Assembly: GCA_964348185.1 (NCBI GenBank)
Contig: CAYGBW010000093.1
Coordinates: 7,963 to 71,962, forward strand
Direction: 5' to 3'
Length of the DNA stretch: 64,000 nt
Origin: an uncultured Thermodesulfobacteriota bacterium
Lineage (GTDB): Bacteria; Desulfobacterota; BSN033; WVXP01
Positions 40,057 to 49,840 of the stretch are shown in pieces; position 1 is the first letter of the stretch, and each line of letters opens with the position of its first letter. A program made the position numbers and the translations under genes. The notes under the pieces were generated by a model, which saw only the letters and a list, made by a program, of their open reading frames with translations, was not told where the DNA came from and made no database searches.

Positions 40057-41139
40057 TCACCCCAACCCGCCGATTTTCTCTCCTCGGACCGATTTGCGAA
40101 AAGCCTCACTGGCAACGGTCAGATCCCTCCGATTGGAATTGGAGACCCGCTCCACTCTAGGAAAACGCTCCTGAGGGAGGGTATTGAGCCAATCGAGTAG
40201 GCTTCTCTCAATGGAAAAACGGCGGATATCGCCTGATCCCCAAGACGATACAAGATCCAGGGCGCCGTCTCGCCCCTCTCGGTTGAAAACGTCGGCCAAA
40301 ACCGCAATGATTCGTGCATCCCCCGACATGCAGCAGACCTGGGATGATCGGATGGCGTAACCATTCCCGTTGAATGAGACGGCAAGCCCACCCTGTGTTC
40401 TCACCAGATCAAGGGCCTGAACGTCTGTAATGCTATCCCCCACGTACATCACATCTCCAGGACCGTTCGCCGTGCCTTCGAGGCTTTTCACGACCGCTCT
40501 GGCCTTCTCCACGCCTCCCACGGGTTCAACCGCCTCAAAAATCTGTCCGATTCCCATCCCGGGAATGGTCTCCCAGAAGATCCGATCGAGGCGCCGAACC
40601 GTTCTCTGATGATTCTCCGAAAGGTCTACCATTCCCCTTGCTTCTTCGCCCCACTCAAGCATCTCCATTCCCACGATCTCCATGGCCGTCTTCCTGAGCC
40701 AGGATCCCTCGTCTGGATTCAAGGGATAGCGATCGATATCGACTTCTGTGCAGAAGACCTGATCCATTGGGAAATCGACGAGTTCGCAGAGGGCCCGCAT
40801 GTACGGTTCGTAACTCGTGCTGATGATAAAGGAGGCCATCTGGTGCCGGACGGACCACAGGGTTTCAGCCGCTCCCGGGACGAGGAGAATATGGGACCGA
40901 CTGTAGTTCTGGATCGCCTCGTTGTCTGCTCCATAGGCAACGAGAAATGGAAGAATGAGTTTGAGGGTGTCTCCCGCCTTGTACCCAGGCTTTTGTACCA
41001 CGTCAGCCAGAAAATCGTCGTACTTGCTGACCAGGGCAAAAAAGGTCTCACCCCCTGGAATAAAACGAGCCGACAACTCCTGGGCATTGTCATTCTGCGA
41101 AATCGGTCCCTCGCAGTCGGTGGTGAAATGTCGACCCAT
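40057..41139 (-). CDS. Hypothetical protein, possible HAD-superfamily-like fold
   Basis: N-terminal FTTDCEGPIS (DxEG variant of motif I) and VMYVGDSITD (motif IV-like). Assignment tentative. Confidence 0.35.
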   Translation of the reverse strand: MGRHFTTDCEGPISQNDNAQELSARFIPGGETFFALVSKYDDFLADVVQKPGYKAGDTLKLILPFLVAYGADNEAIQNYSRSHILLVPGAAETLWSVRHQMASFIISTSYEPYMRALCELVDFPMDQVFCTEVDIDRYPLNPDEGSWLRKTAMEIVGMEMLEWGEEARGMVDLSENHQRTVRRLDRIFWETIPGMGIGQIFEAVEPVGGVEKARAVVKSLEGTANGPGDVMYVGDSITDVQALDLVRTQGGLAVSFNGNGYAIRSSQVCCMSGDARIIAVLADVFNREGRDGALDLVSSWGSGDIRRFSIERSLLDWLNTLPQERFPRVERVSNSNRRDLTVASEAFRKSVRGEKIGGLG

Positions 41140-41161
41140 GGGGCCTCCTCAATTGCTAACT

Positions 41162-42013
41162 TCAGAGCGCCAAGAAGGGCGTCTCCGACCCTGTTGAGCG
41201 CTGCAGGCGACTCGAATACTCATCGACCTCTCTGTTCAGGCAGAATGGGCCGGTCTCCCGACCCTCCCGGTCCAGAATCCTCCCCCCCTCGATCCCCACC
41301 TCTCCCTCGGCAAGGACTTTCATGGTCAGCAGAAGGAGGGGGATCTCCCTCACGACGCCCTGACGCCGAATCTCCTGGAAGAGTTGGTTCTTTTCTCCTT
41401 CTTCTTGAATGACTTCTCCCAGGGGCATGAAACCGAGTTTCGCCCCCATCTGAACCCAGAGAGGATCGAAACGTCTCCCTTTGAGGGGGAAGGTACAGTA
41501 TGTGATTGGGGGACCCTCATCGAGAGCCTCGGTAACCAGGTGCACCATCACCCCTGTCCTGTCGGCTCCCCGAGCGATGAGTTCCCAGATGACCTCCTGC
41601 CAGGTCCCCTTTGGGCCCCCAGGCTCTGCCGGATGGAGGTTGATCATCGTGTATCGACGACACATCTCAGGACTGACAATCAGCATATAGCCAGCCAGGA
41701 CGATCGTGACGACCCCCTCCCCCCTGAGGGTTTCCATCACCCTGCTGTGAAAGCCCCGGCGCCATGACTCCGGGTCTTTTCTTCTCAGAGGGGGATCGAA
41801 TCGCCGCGAAGAGAGAGAAAAAAGCGGGATTCTCAGATCCTTGACAAGGTGAAGGAACCGATCACTTTCCAGGCCCTCGCCGGGCTCCCGGTTACAAAAA
41901 ACAAAGCCGAGCTGGGCAGGAATCATTCCGTTCCGGATATTCCTCCACGCTTCAGTCAGAAGCTGCCTGGCCGCCTCATCCCTTCCCGTCGAAAACCAGC
42001 CGAAGGTATACAT
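41162..42013 (-). CDS. Formyltransferase-family (PurN-like) protein with C-terminal extension
   Basis: VVTIVLAGYMLIVSPEMCRRYTMINLHPAEPGGPKG and GADRTGVMVHLVTEALDEGPPITY parallel the PurN LAGfMrIl...NiHPSLLP and G.TvH.V...lD.GpIi signatures. Confidence 0.55.
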   Translation of the reverse strand: MYTFGWFSTGRDEAARQLLTEAWRNIRNGMIPAQLGFVFCNREPGEGLESDRFLHLVKDLRIPLFSLSSRRFDPPLRRKDPESWRRGFHSRVMETLRGEGVVTIVLAGYMLIVSPEMCRRYTMINLHPAEPGGPKGTWQEVIWELIARGADRTGVMVHLVTEALDEGPPITYCTFPLKGRRFDPLWVQMGAKLGFMPLGEVIQEEGEKNQLFQEIRRQGVVREIPLLLLTMKVLAEGEVGIEGGRILDREGRETGPFCLNREVDEYSSRLQRSTGSETPFLAL

Positions 42014-42024
42014 AGCAAGCCTCC

Positions 42025-42130
42025 GCTCAGGTTTGAGGATCGGCCCTCCGGGCCTTGAGGTTGGAGGCAGAAAAGTCCCCCCCCCAAACCTCGAGCGAAG
42101 CGATCGGGGAGGAGTCCTCAGACCTCAGTC
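42025..42130. repeat. Conserved ~100-nt intergenic element, copy 2
   Basis: See copy 1. Located immediately upstream of the start codon of the PurN-like gene (minus strand). Confidence 0.55.
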
Positions 42131-42218
42131 CGAGAAACGCTCCGATCTCTGGCGTCGTTACGGATTCTGACCATCAGCCGAAGATTCCCTCACCCCATGG
42201 CGCGTCAACCCAGCCTTC

Positions 42219-43193
42219 TTATTTCGGGTTATCGAAAAACGCGAGATCTTCCGCTTTTGGATATCGGCTCCTTCCATAACCGGTCAGGCTCTGGGCGGCA
42301 AGTCGCGTGCCGAAACAACCACAATCCATGAGAGGACGACTCATCAGGAGGCCAGCCAGAAATCCGGCGTTGAATACATCTCCGGCCCCGGTATTGTCGA
42401 TCACCTCCGCTCGTTCGGCAGGAAGGTCACACACCTGGTCATGAGAAACGATATGGACGCCCCGCTCTCCCCGTTTGCATACGACGATTGAGGGGCCCAG
42501 TTCAAGGAGACGCTGGCTACCCTCAGCGAAGTTCAGCCCCGTCAGCATTTCAACCTCGCTCTCCGTCACAAAAACAAGGGAGCTTCTCTGAAAAAGAGGC
42601 TTCAGATACTCCACTCCCCGGCGGGCATAAACCTCACCCGGATCAAAGCTGATCTGAGTCGGAGGACAAACCTTCTCAACCAATGCCCGCTGAGCAAGAA
42701 AGGGCTTCTCCCCCGCGAACGAAGTGAGATGAACATACCGGGCATGGGTCGCGTAGGCGAAATCGATCTCTTCAGGAGAGAGGGTGTCATTGGTATTGGG
42801 TTCCAGGAGAATTGCCCGATCTTGGTTCCCATCGAGAATGCACAGGCACCTTCCGCTCACCCCTGCGGAAACCACCCCTCGGAGGTCCACGCCCCCCATC
42901 TCGGCGAGCATTCTCTTGCCCTCGGCGTCTCTGCCCACCTTACCCACAAATCCTGTTTTGAATCCCATCCCGGACAGGGCAACAAGGGTATTGGCGGCCG
43001 ACCCCCCTCCATTCATCGATTTCAAGACGCCCCTCTCCTCCACCCTGCGCAAAACCCGTGAAAACTCTTCTGATCGTGCACACCACTCGCCGCCGGGCGA
43101 GAGGTCGATCCCTTCACCAGAGATGGCCGAGAGGGAGTCCACCTTGTAGATCAGATCCAGATTAAAGGGGCCACATCCGATCACGTCCAGCAT
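42219..43193 (-). CDS. PfkB-family carbohydrate/nucleoside kinase
   Basis: N-terminal GG dipeptide region (NGGGSAANTL) and C-terminal DNTGAGDVFNAGFLAGLL anion-hole motif. Confidence 0.8.
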   Translation of the reverse strand: MLDVIGCGPFNLDLIYKVDSLSAISGEGIDLSPGGEWCARSEEFSRVLRRVEERGVLKSMNGGGSAANTLVALSGMGFKTGFVGKVGRDAEGKRMLAEMGGVDLRGVVSAGVSGRCLCILDGNQDRAILLEPNTNDTLSPEEIDFAYATHARYVHLTSFAGEKPFLAQRALVEKVCPPTQISFDPGEVYARRGVEYLKPLFQRSSLVFVTESEVEMLTGLNFAEGSQRLLELGPSIVVCKRGERGVHIVSHDQVCDLPAERAEVIDNTGAGDVFNAGFLAGLLMSRPLMDCGCFGTRLAAQSLTGYGRSRYPKAEDLAFFDNPK

Positions 43194-43445
43194 ACAACCA
43201 CCCTTCGCCGACTTCCCCCCTGCTTTTCAGCTATAGAACCATAATATAACTCGAAGCAAATTTCAACGAAATCGGGGAGGCCTTGCCTCACCGTTCTGGC
43301 TCCTGACTCCTCGGTTCTGACTTCTGCCCTTTGGCTCGCCAGGATCGCCTGGAACGTGCTGGACGAAGGCGACCTTCCATTGCCCGAAGATTTGTGTTAC
43401 AGGTATAAGAAAGACCGTGTCTGAACGGGGAAGGCATCGTAGCCA

Positions 43446-44009
43446 ATGGATCCAGAGGATTTTTGTCTCGACAGGAGTCGGGTCCTATTTGTTGTCACGG
43501 ACGTTCAGGAGGCTCTCGCGGCGGCCATGAAACCCGAGGTCGCCAGGGACGTGATCCGAAATATTGGAATCCTCATCGAAGTGGCCAAGACCTTTCGCCT
43601 CCCCATTCTCCTCACCGAGCAATACCCCAAGGGACTCAAGAGAACGGTTCAGCCGATCCGCGAGGCTCTGGGCCCTCTCGAACCGGTTGAGAAGCTGACT
43701 TTCAGTTGCTTAAGAGACGAAGGGTTCATGGAAAGACTCTCCAACAAGCCTTCAGATCAAGCGGTTGTGATGGGCATGGAAACCCATGTTTGTGTTTTTC
43801 AAACGGTTGTGGATCTTCTGTCCCGTGGATATGGCGTCCAGGTGCCACGAGATGCGGTCTGTTCGCGGCGCAAGCAGAACTGGATCACCGGGCTTTCACT
43901 GATGGAGCGGGCAGGGGCGTTGATCACTTCGACAGAAACCATCGCCTTCCAACTCCTCGAAAGGGCTGGCACCGATGCGTTCAAGGCACTTGCGCCCCTC
44001 TTGAAGTAA
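43446..44009 (+). CDS. Isochorismatase-family hydrolase (YcaC-like), second copy in window
   Basis: LFVVTDVQEA, K in ILLTEQYPKGLK, catalytic Cys in VVMGMETHVCVFQTVVDLL. Confidence 0.7.
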   Translation: MDPEDFCLDRSRVLFVVTDVQEALAAAMKPEVARDVIRNIGILIEVAKTFRLPILLTEQYPKGLKRTVQPIREALGPLEPVEKLTFSCLRDEGFMERLSNKPSDQAVVMGMETHVCVFQTVVDLLSRGYGVQVPRDAVCSRRKQNWITGLSLMERAGALITSTETIAFQLLERAGTDAFKALAPLLK

Positions 44010-44065
44010 GCCAAGGCCACACGTCTTGCCCTTTCTTCTTCCTTGGCAGGTTATTCAGGAATGGG

Positions 44066-45412
44066 ATGAGAGAGAAACGGCTCAATATTCATGGCATGCT
44101 CGGAGCTGGGGTTCTTGTTGTAGCCCAGATCATGGTCTTTTTTCGCGTAGAGCCCTTTCTCTCCTGGTTCTACAGCTTTGCCTGGTGGTCTTACATCTTC
44201 ATCGTGGACAGCCTCATCTACCGATTAAAGGGAAACTCCCTGATTCTGAGCCGAACCCGGGAGTTTTTTCTTATGATACCCTGGTCCTTTACCGTCTGGC
44301 TCTTTTTCGAGATGGTGAATCTCGTGATGGGGAACTGGTACTATGTCAACGTGCCAAACAGCGCTCTGGTCAGACTGCTCGGGTACGGCATATCCTTTGG
44401 GACGGTCTTGCCGGGGATCTTCGAAACGACGGAACTCCTGGAAACTCTCGGTTTCTTCAGAAAGGCCTCAGTCTCCCGGATCAGGGTGACGCCCAGATGG
44501 TACGGGGCATTTCTGGCAACAGGCAGTCTGTTTCTGTTTCTCCCCTTGGTTGTCCCCAGATATACCTTTCCCCTCATCTGGGGGAGCCTCATTTTTCTCC
44601 TTGAGCCGATAAATCATCGGTTTGGGGGGAAGTCGCTCCTTGCTGAATGGGAAAGGGGAAGTCTGAGAAAGTTCTCCCTCCTTCTCCTATCCGGATTGAT
44701 CTGTGGAGGTCTATGGGAATTCTGGAATTTTTGGGCAAGGACCAAATGGGTCTACACGGTTCCCTTTTTCGATGAGCTCAAGCTGTTTGAGATGCCTGCG
44801 CTCGGTTTTCTGGGTTTCCCCCCCTTTGCTGTGGAGTGCTACGTCCTCTACAACTTCATTTCCCTTTTCCGCCATGGACGGGGGTGGGAAGTGGATGCCT
44901 ACAGAACCCATGACGACCCAAAGACCTCTCATGGCCTGCGGCTGATCGCGACCCTCTCGATCCTTGTCTTTTATGTCCTCTCCACCAGAGCTGTCGACCG
45001 CTACACCGTCAGCTCCACCGTGGCCCTTTTCGCCGATTTTCCCTCCCTTACGACCGAGGAGAGGAAGCATCTTGAGCGCCTCGATCTCCACACGGCCGAC
45101 GATCTGGTGCATCGGACCCGGACTCAAGCGGGTTACAAGCGGACTCTCGGGGAATTGAAACTGCCCCCGGGTCGGTTGGACGAGCTGATCAGGCAGGCCA
45201 AACTCATCGACGTCAAGGGCCTCGGTATCGGCAATTTCTTGCTCTTGGAGAAGGCAGGAATCGATTCGGTGGAAGTCCTTGCCCAGGAAAATCCAGAAGG
45301 ACTTCATGAAAAGCTGCGGAGCGTGGCAGGGCCACAGCCTTCAACCAGGCCTCCCTCCCGAGCCAAGACGAAGGTCTGGATCATGGAGGCTCGCCGGAGA
45401 ATGGCGAATTGA
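44066..45412 (+). CDS. Polytopic membrane protein with C-terminal DUF4332-like helix-hairpin-helix region
   Basis: Starts MREKRLNIHGMLGAGVLVVAQIMVFF. More than 8 hydrophobic segments. C-terminal LIDVKGLGIGNFLLLEKAGIDSVEVLAQ HhH-like. The upstream part of track ORF 43706..45412 overlaps the isochorismatase and was rejected. Confidence 0.55.
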   Translation: MREKRLNIHGMLGAGVLVVAQIMVFFRVEPFLSWFYSFAWWSYIFIVDSLIYRLKGNSLILSRTREFFLMIPWSFTVWLFFEMVNLVMGNWYYVNVPNSALVRLLGYGISFGTVLPGIFETTELLETLGFFRKASVSRIRVTPRWYGAFLATGSLFLFLPLVVPRYTFPLIWGSLIFLLEPINHRFGGKSLLAEWERGSLRKFSLLLLSGLICGGLWEFWNFWARTKWVYTVPFFDELKLFEMPALGFLGFPPFAVECYVLYNFISLFRHGRGWEVDAYRTHDDPKTSHGLRLIATLSILVFYVLSTRAVDRYTVSSTVALFADFPSLTTEERKHLERLDLHTADDLVHRTRTQAGYKRTLGELKLPPGRLDELIRQAKLIDVKGLGIGNFLLLEKAGIDSVEVLAQENPEGLHEKLRSVAGPQPSTRPPSRAKTKVWIMEARRRMAN

Positions 45413-45456
45413 CAGAAAGACCCCCTCTGCGCTCAAATAAGAAGCGAATTCGATTC

Positions 45457-45775
45457 ATAATCGTATTGAATATCGAATATCGAACAAGGAATTTCGAATC
45501 ATGAAGTGCTTTTGATCTTTTTTCTAGCGGTTTCTATGCTTGTCACAAGAGTCGAAATCATCTCGTTATTCTCTTTGATCATGGGATCAAGCTTTGATAG
45601 AGGCTTTATCAAATTGGCCCTTACAATCCTCAGTAATCATGGCTTGTTTCACGTAACTCTTTGAGGCATACTTCCATCTTGGGGATGAAGTCAGAACGAC
45701 ATTCCACGCTGTGAGCTTCACCGTTATTCTACGCTCGTTCGACATTCATTATTCCTTGTTCGATATTCGATATTC
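45457..45775. repeat. Perfect 25-bp inverted repeat (gaatatcgaatatcgaacaaggaat / attccttgttcgatattcgatattc) flanking ~265 bp of AT-rich non-coding DNA; MITE-like element
   Basis: Left arm 45460-45484, right arm 45751-45775, read directly. No ORF of at least 60 aa inside. Lies between convergent genes. Confidence 0.55.
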
Positions 45776-45862
45776 TAGACCTCATCAGAATTTGCTGAAA
45801 TACCCGAACCACCTAACGAGACCATATTCATCGCTTAATTGAACGCTTATGGAGAAGACCCC

Positions 45863-46660
45863 TCAGGGGAACTCCTCCCAGAGATGTTTCAATTTCTCCA
45901 GGCTCATCCTGAGATAGTCCCGATCCCTTGAAAAAACCTCTACGGTCAGGGTGTCGTCGTAACCCGAGCGCTTCAACTGGCTCAGGATTCGATGGAAATC
46001 GATAACGCCGGCTCCGACGGGCAGATGATTGTCCTCTTTGCCAAAGTTATCATTGGCGTGAACATGGTGGATTCGATTCCCGAGAACGTGAATGAATTCC
46101 AGAGCGTTGTTCAACCCTCCAGCGAGGGAGGCGTGGCCGACATCGAGGGTGATGCCGAGATCTGGGAATTCCTCAAAGACGGCCCTGAACTCCCCTGGAG
46201 TCGTGAAAGAACCGGATTTGGCAAACATGTTTTCCACACATACGGTGATGTTCAAGACCCTGGCACGCTCAAGAATCTCCTTCAGGCTAGAGAGACCATG
46301 TTTTCTCGCTTTTTCCGGGACGAATTTTCCCAACCCCGTTACAAGGGCGGGATGGAGGACGGCCTTTTCGATCCCTAGCTCCGACGCCACCTCCAGGGCA
46401 GCGAGGGTCTCTTCGACCGATGCTCGCCGAATGCTCTCTGAAAGATCAGCCGTGGAGACAAAGGTGGGCATGTGAGCGATCATCCCCATGCCGTAGTGCC
46501 CGATGACTCTGGCGATATCCTCCCGGAGCTTACGCAGTTTCCCGGGAAAGGCTTCTGGAGGGTCCATGGATATCTCAACATAGTCAAATCCGAGACGGCC
46601 CAGCTCCTCAATCTCCTTAACCACCGGCTTGATCGGGAAATTCATGGCCCCGTATTTCAT
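45863..46660 (-). CDS. Sugar phosphate isomerase/epimerase (xylose-isomerase-like TIM barrel)
   Basis: HVHANDNFGKEDNHLPVGAGVIDF and ITLDVGHASLAG metal-binding motifs. Start taken at MKYGAMNFPI. Confidence 0.7.
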   Translation of the reverse strand: MKYGAMNFPIKPVVKEIEELGRLGFDYVEISMDPPEAFPGKLRKLREDIARVIGHYGMGMIAHMPTFVSTADLSESIRRASVEETLAALEVASELGIEKAVLHPALVTGLGKFVPEKARKHGLSSLKEILERARVLNITVCVENMFAKSGSFTTPGEFRAVFEEFPDLGITLDVGHASLAGGLNNALEFIHVLGNRIHHVHANDNFGKEDNHLPVGAGVIDFHRILSQLKRSGYDDTLTVEVFSRDRDYLRMSLEKLKHLWEEFP

Positions 46661-46959
46661 ACTGAATCCCTTCTCTCTGGTATGAAATCCTTGCGCTTTG
46701 ACGGCTTCCCTTTTCCTGGAAGAATCATGAAGCGGGGTTCCCGGGGGGGGCTCATCGGCACAATGGCGATCTCGCCTTGAAGGGAGTCGATGAGTTCTTC
46801 TACCTCTTCCATGAGGTCGGGGGGAATCATCCATTCCACGATCCCCTCCTCTGGGTCCACAGTCCTCAGGACGGCCAGCCCCTCATAGGCGTCCACGATG
46901 AACTTGACGTAGGCCATCTCCTGAGGATTCACCCTGAAGTATCTCTGGACGGTGTTCAT
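46657..46959 (-). CDS. Small DUF4911-like protein
   Basis: 100 aa. YFRVNPQEMAYVKFIVDAYEGLAVLRTVDPEEGIVEWMIPPDL resembles the DUF4911 family. Stop abuts the downstream start. Confidence 0.45.
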   Translation of the reverse strand: MNTVQRYFRVNPQEMAYVKFIVDAYEGLAVLRTVDPEEGIVEWMIPPDLMEEVEELIDSLQGEIAIVPMSPPREPRFMILPGKGKPSKRKDFIPERRDSV

Positions 46960-47024
46960 AGAGGCTTTGCTTCCTCTAATAACGGGAAAACGGGGACAAG
47001 CCGTTACGCTTTCACCTCAGGCCC

Positions 47025-47783
47025 TCAAGGGGTGTAGAAGGCGAGCGCCTCGGGTACCCAATGCTCGATCTGGGCGATACGTTTTTCATCCGCAGGATGG
47101 GTGGAGAGGAAGGGGGGTGGTTTACGGCCGTCCCCTTTTGCCATTCGTTGCCAAAAACCGATCGCTTCCCTGGGATCGTATCCTGCCTTGGCCATCAGGA
47201 CCAGCCCGATGCGATCAGCCTCTGACTCCTGCCCTCTGCTGTGGGGAAGCAGCACCCCCACGGTTGCTCCAACCCCGTAAGCGACGTTTATCGCCCTTGC
47301 CGTCTCTGGGCTCTGGTCCGCGATCGCCACGTTAAGTGCTACCGCCCCCAATTGGGTCAGAAGATACTCGCTCATCCTTTCGGCCCCATGACGGGCAAGG
47401 GCATGGCCGACCTCATGGCCGATGACCGTGGCCAACCCCGCCTCGTCTCGGGTGTACTTCAAAATCCCTGTGTAAACCGCTATCTTCCCTCCTGGAAGGG
47501 CAAAAGCGTTTACTGTTTTTTCATCTTCAATCACGTTGAATTCCCACTTATAGTCCCTGGCGATGGGATAATCACGGCTCGTCACCCGGGCAATGTCCCA
47601 TCCGACCTCGTTGACCCTATCAATGATTTTCTTGTCTTGAGAGAGCTTCGACTTGCTCAAAATCTCGCGATAGGATTTTAGCCCCATTTCGGTTTCCTGG
47701 GAGGGGGAAATCAGGATGAGTTGTTGTCTGCCCGTGACGGGAGCTGTCGCACATCCCAAGATGAGAGATAGAAGCAGGGCCAT
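47025..47783 (-). CDS. M48 family zinc metallopeptidase, lipoprotein
   Basis: HEVGHALARH (HExxH) and EADRIG. Lipoprotein signal MALLLSLILGC. Confidence 0.8.
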   Translation of the reverse strand: MALLLSLILGCATAPVTGRQQLILISPSQETEMGLKSYREILSKSKLSQDKKIIDRVNEVGWDIARVTSRDYPIARDYKWEFNVIEDEKTVNAFALPGGKIAVYTGILKYTRDEAGLATVIGHEVGHALARHGAERMSEYLLTQLGAVALNVAIADQSPETARAINVAYGVGATVGVLLPHSRGQESEADRIGLVLMAKAGYDPREAIGFWQRMAKGDGRKPPPFLSTHPADEKRIAQIEHWVPEALAFYTP

Positions 47784-48085
47784 CGCTGGCCAATCGACAC
47801 GCGCTCTGAGGGATGCTTTCTTGATCACAGGCCGCCCTCCGCAGTTGAGCTGGCCATTCCGACCTGACGAAAGGTGAAAGGCTTTTCGTAAGATTTCATT
47901 CAAGAAACCGTTTCAGAAAACCGAATAGATAAACGGGTCCCTTCACTTTCTATGATACTACAATTTCTTGAGCAAGGGAACCAACGGGCCTGATCCCCAT
48001 CGTTACTAAAAAACCAAGTCGTCGTCCAATTGACCGAAGCTATGAATTGTGCTAATTATATAGGTAGACAATTTCAAGGCAGCCG

Positions 48086-49840
48086 ATGAAAAGCGTTCCT
48101 TTTTTCCCCATTCTGGTCACACTGTTGTTTTTCTCCCTTGCCCAGTCCTGTATCCAGGTCCCCGCGGGCACATCGAGGCCCGGGACAGAACAGATCTCGC
48201 TACAGAGGGCTCGCAACGATGAGAGGGAGGTTAACTCCAAGGCCTATTTTCATTATGTGGCGGCTCAGATCAAACGCAACAGAGGCCTTCTGGATGAGGC
48301 TATCGAGGATCTCAAGAAAGCCATCCTGTACGACTCCGAGTCCTTCATGCTGAGATTAGAGCTCTCCCGTCTGTATATCAATAAAGGACTGATGGACCAG
48401 GCGGTCGAGGAGTGCTTGGAAGCGATCGCCCTGGAGCCCGAAAATATCGATGCCCTCCTGACCCTCGGGGGCATCTATTCTGCCCAGAATGAAACCGAAC
48501 TCGCTGTGGAACAATACAGGAAGGTCCTGGCCATTGATCCCACGAATCGCCATGCCTTCCGTTATCTGGGCGACCTCTACTACTCCACAAAACAATACCC
48601 AAAGGCGATCGAGCTTCTGAATCGTTTCGTGGAGATTGAGCCGAATTCAATCCTCGGGTACTACTATCTCGGGCGTATTCATGCGGAAACGGAGCAGTTC
48701 CAAGAGGCGGAGGCCAACTATTTGAAAGCCCTTGAGATTGACCCTTCGTTTGTCTCCGCTCTGAACGATCTGGCCACCCTCTACGCGGTCACAGAGAAGC
48801 CTGAAAAGGCCATTGAATACTTCAACCGAGTTCTGTCCATGGACCCCAACAACAGGAGAGCCAGAGCCGGCCTGGGTCAGATCTATATGAAAGCGAAGCA
48901 GCTCGATGAGGCCGTCCGGCAATTCCGGGAGATTCAGAAGATTGACGACAATGACCTCAATATCCGGGTGATGTTGGGGGTCATATATTTCGAGCAGAAA
49001 CGGTATGATGATGCCATTCTTGAGTTCAGATTTGTCCTTGCTGCGGCACCGAACAACCACCGGATTCGCTACTATCTCGCATCCACCTATCTCGAAAAAG
49101 AGGTCTTTGCGCAGGCTCTCGAGGAGTTTGAGAATATTCCTCCTGAATCTGACCTCTATGTGGATGCTCGAAAAAACATGGCCTACATTCTTCGAAAGCA
49201 GGACAAGATTCCCCAGGCCGTGGGGACGTTGAAAGAAGCCATCAAGCAGAAGCCCAAAACCGCCGAGCTTTACATCTATCTATCCACACTATATGAGAGG
49301 TTAGAGAAGTTTACCCAGGCTCTCCAAGCGCTGGAGGAAGCCCTGGCTTTTGATCCGGAGAATATTGAGATTGTTTTTCAGATGGGCGTTGTGTATGACA
49401 AACAGGGAAAAACAGAGAAGACCATAGAAGTCATGAAATCGGTGATTCGTCAGAAGCCAGATCACGTCGATGCCCTCAACTACCTCGGATATACCTATGC
49501 CGACCGGAACATATACCTTAATGAGGCTCTTGAGTTGATCCAGAGGGCCCTAGAGCTTCGGCCTGACAGTGGCTATATCGTCGATAGCCTCGGATGGGTT
49601 TACTACCGAAAGGGCGAGTATGACAGGGCCGTCAAGGAACTTGAAAGGGCGGCAACCCTGACGCCGGATGATCCCATCATTAACGAACATCTTGGTGACG
49701 GATATCTCAAGCTCAATGAGAAAGTCAAAGCCTTGGAACTCTACGAGAGGGCGTTACAGCTCAATCCAAAGACGGATCAGCTTGAAAAGCTGAAGAAAAA
49801 GATCAAAGCCCTGAAAGAGGAACGGAAAGGGTCCCGTTGA
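48086..49840 (+). CDS. Tetratricopeptide-repeat protein with signal peptide
   Basis: About 14 tandem TPR units (W-LG-Y-A-F-A-P patterns) across 584 aa. Confidence 0.8.
   Translation: MKSVPFFPILVTLLFFSLAQSCIQVPAGTSRPGTEQISLQRARNDEREVNSKAYFHYVAAQIKRNRGLLDEAIEDLKKAILYDSESFMLRLELSRLYINKGLMDQAVEECLEAIALEPENIDALLTLGGIYSAQNETELAVEQYRKVLAIDPTNRHAFRYLGDLYYSTKQYPKAIELLNRFVEIEPNSILGYYYLGRIHAETEQFQEAEANYLKALEIDPSFVSALNDLATLYAVTEKPEKAIEYFNRVLSMDPNNRRARAGLGQIYMKAKQLDEAVRQFREIQKIDDNDLNIRVMLGVIYFEQKRYDDAILEFRFVLAAAPNNHRIRYYLASTYLEKEVFAQALEEFENIPPESDLYVDARKNMAYILRKQDKIPQAVGTLKEAIKQKPKTAELYIYLSTLYERLEKFTQALQALEEALAFDPENIEIVFQMGVVYDKQGKTEKTIEVMKSVIRQKPDHVDALNYLGYTYADRNIYLNEALELIQRALELRPDSGYIVDSLGWVYYRKGEYDRAVKELERAATLTPDDPIINEHLGDGYLKLNEKVKALELYERALQLNPKTDQLEKLKKKIKALKEERKGSR

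Noticed and set aside
43706-44065. N-terminal 120 codons of track ORF 43706..45412
   Set aside because: This part overlaps the isochorismatase-like gene (43446..44009) in another frame. The membrane protein has a credible Met start with hydrophobic N-terminus at 44066.
46657-46834. N-terminal 58 codons of the TIM-barrel ORF 45863..46834
   Set aside because: It overlaps the DUF4911-like gene. The conserved TIM-barrel N-terminus starts at MKYGAMNFPI (46660), giving a clean stop/start junction.
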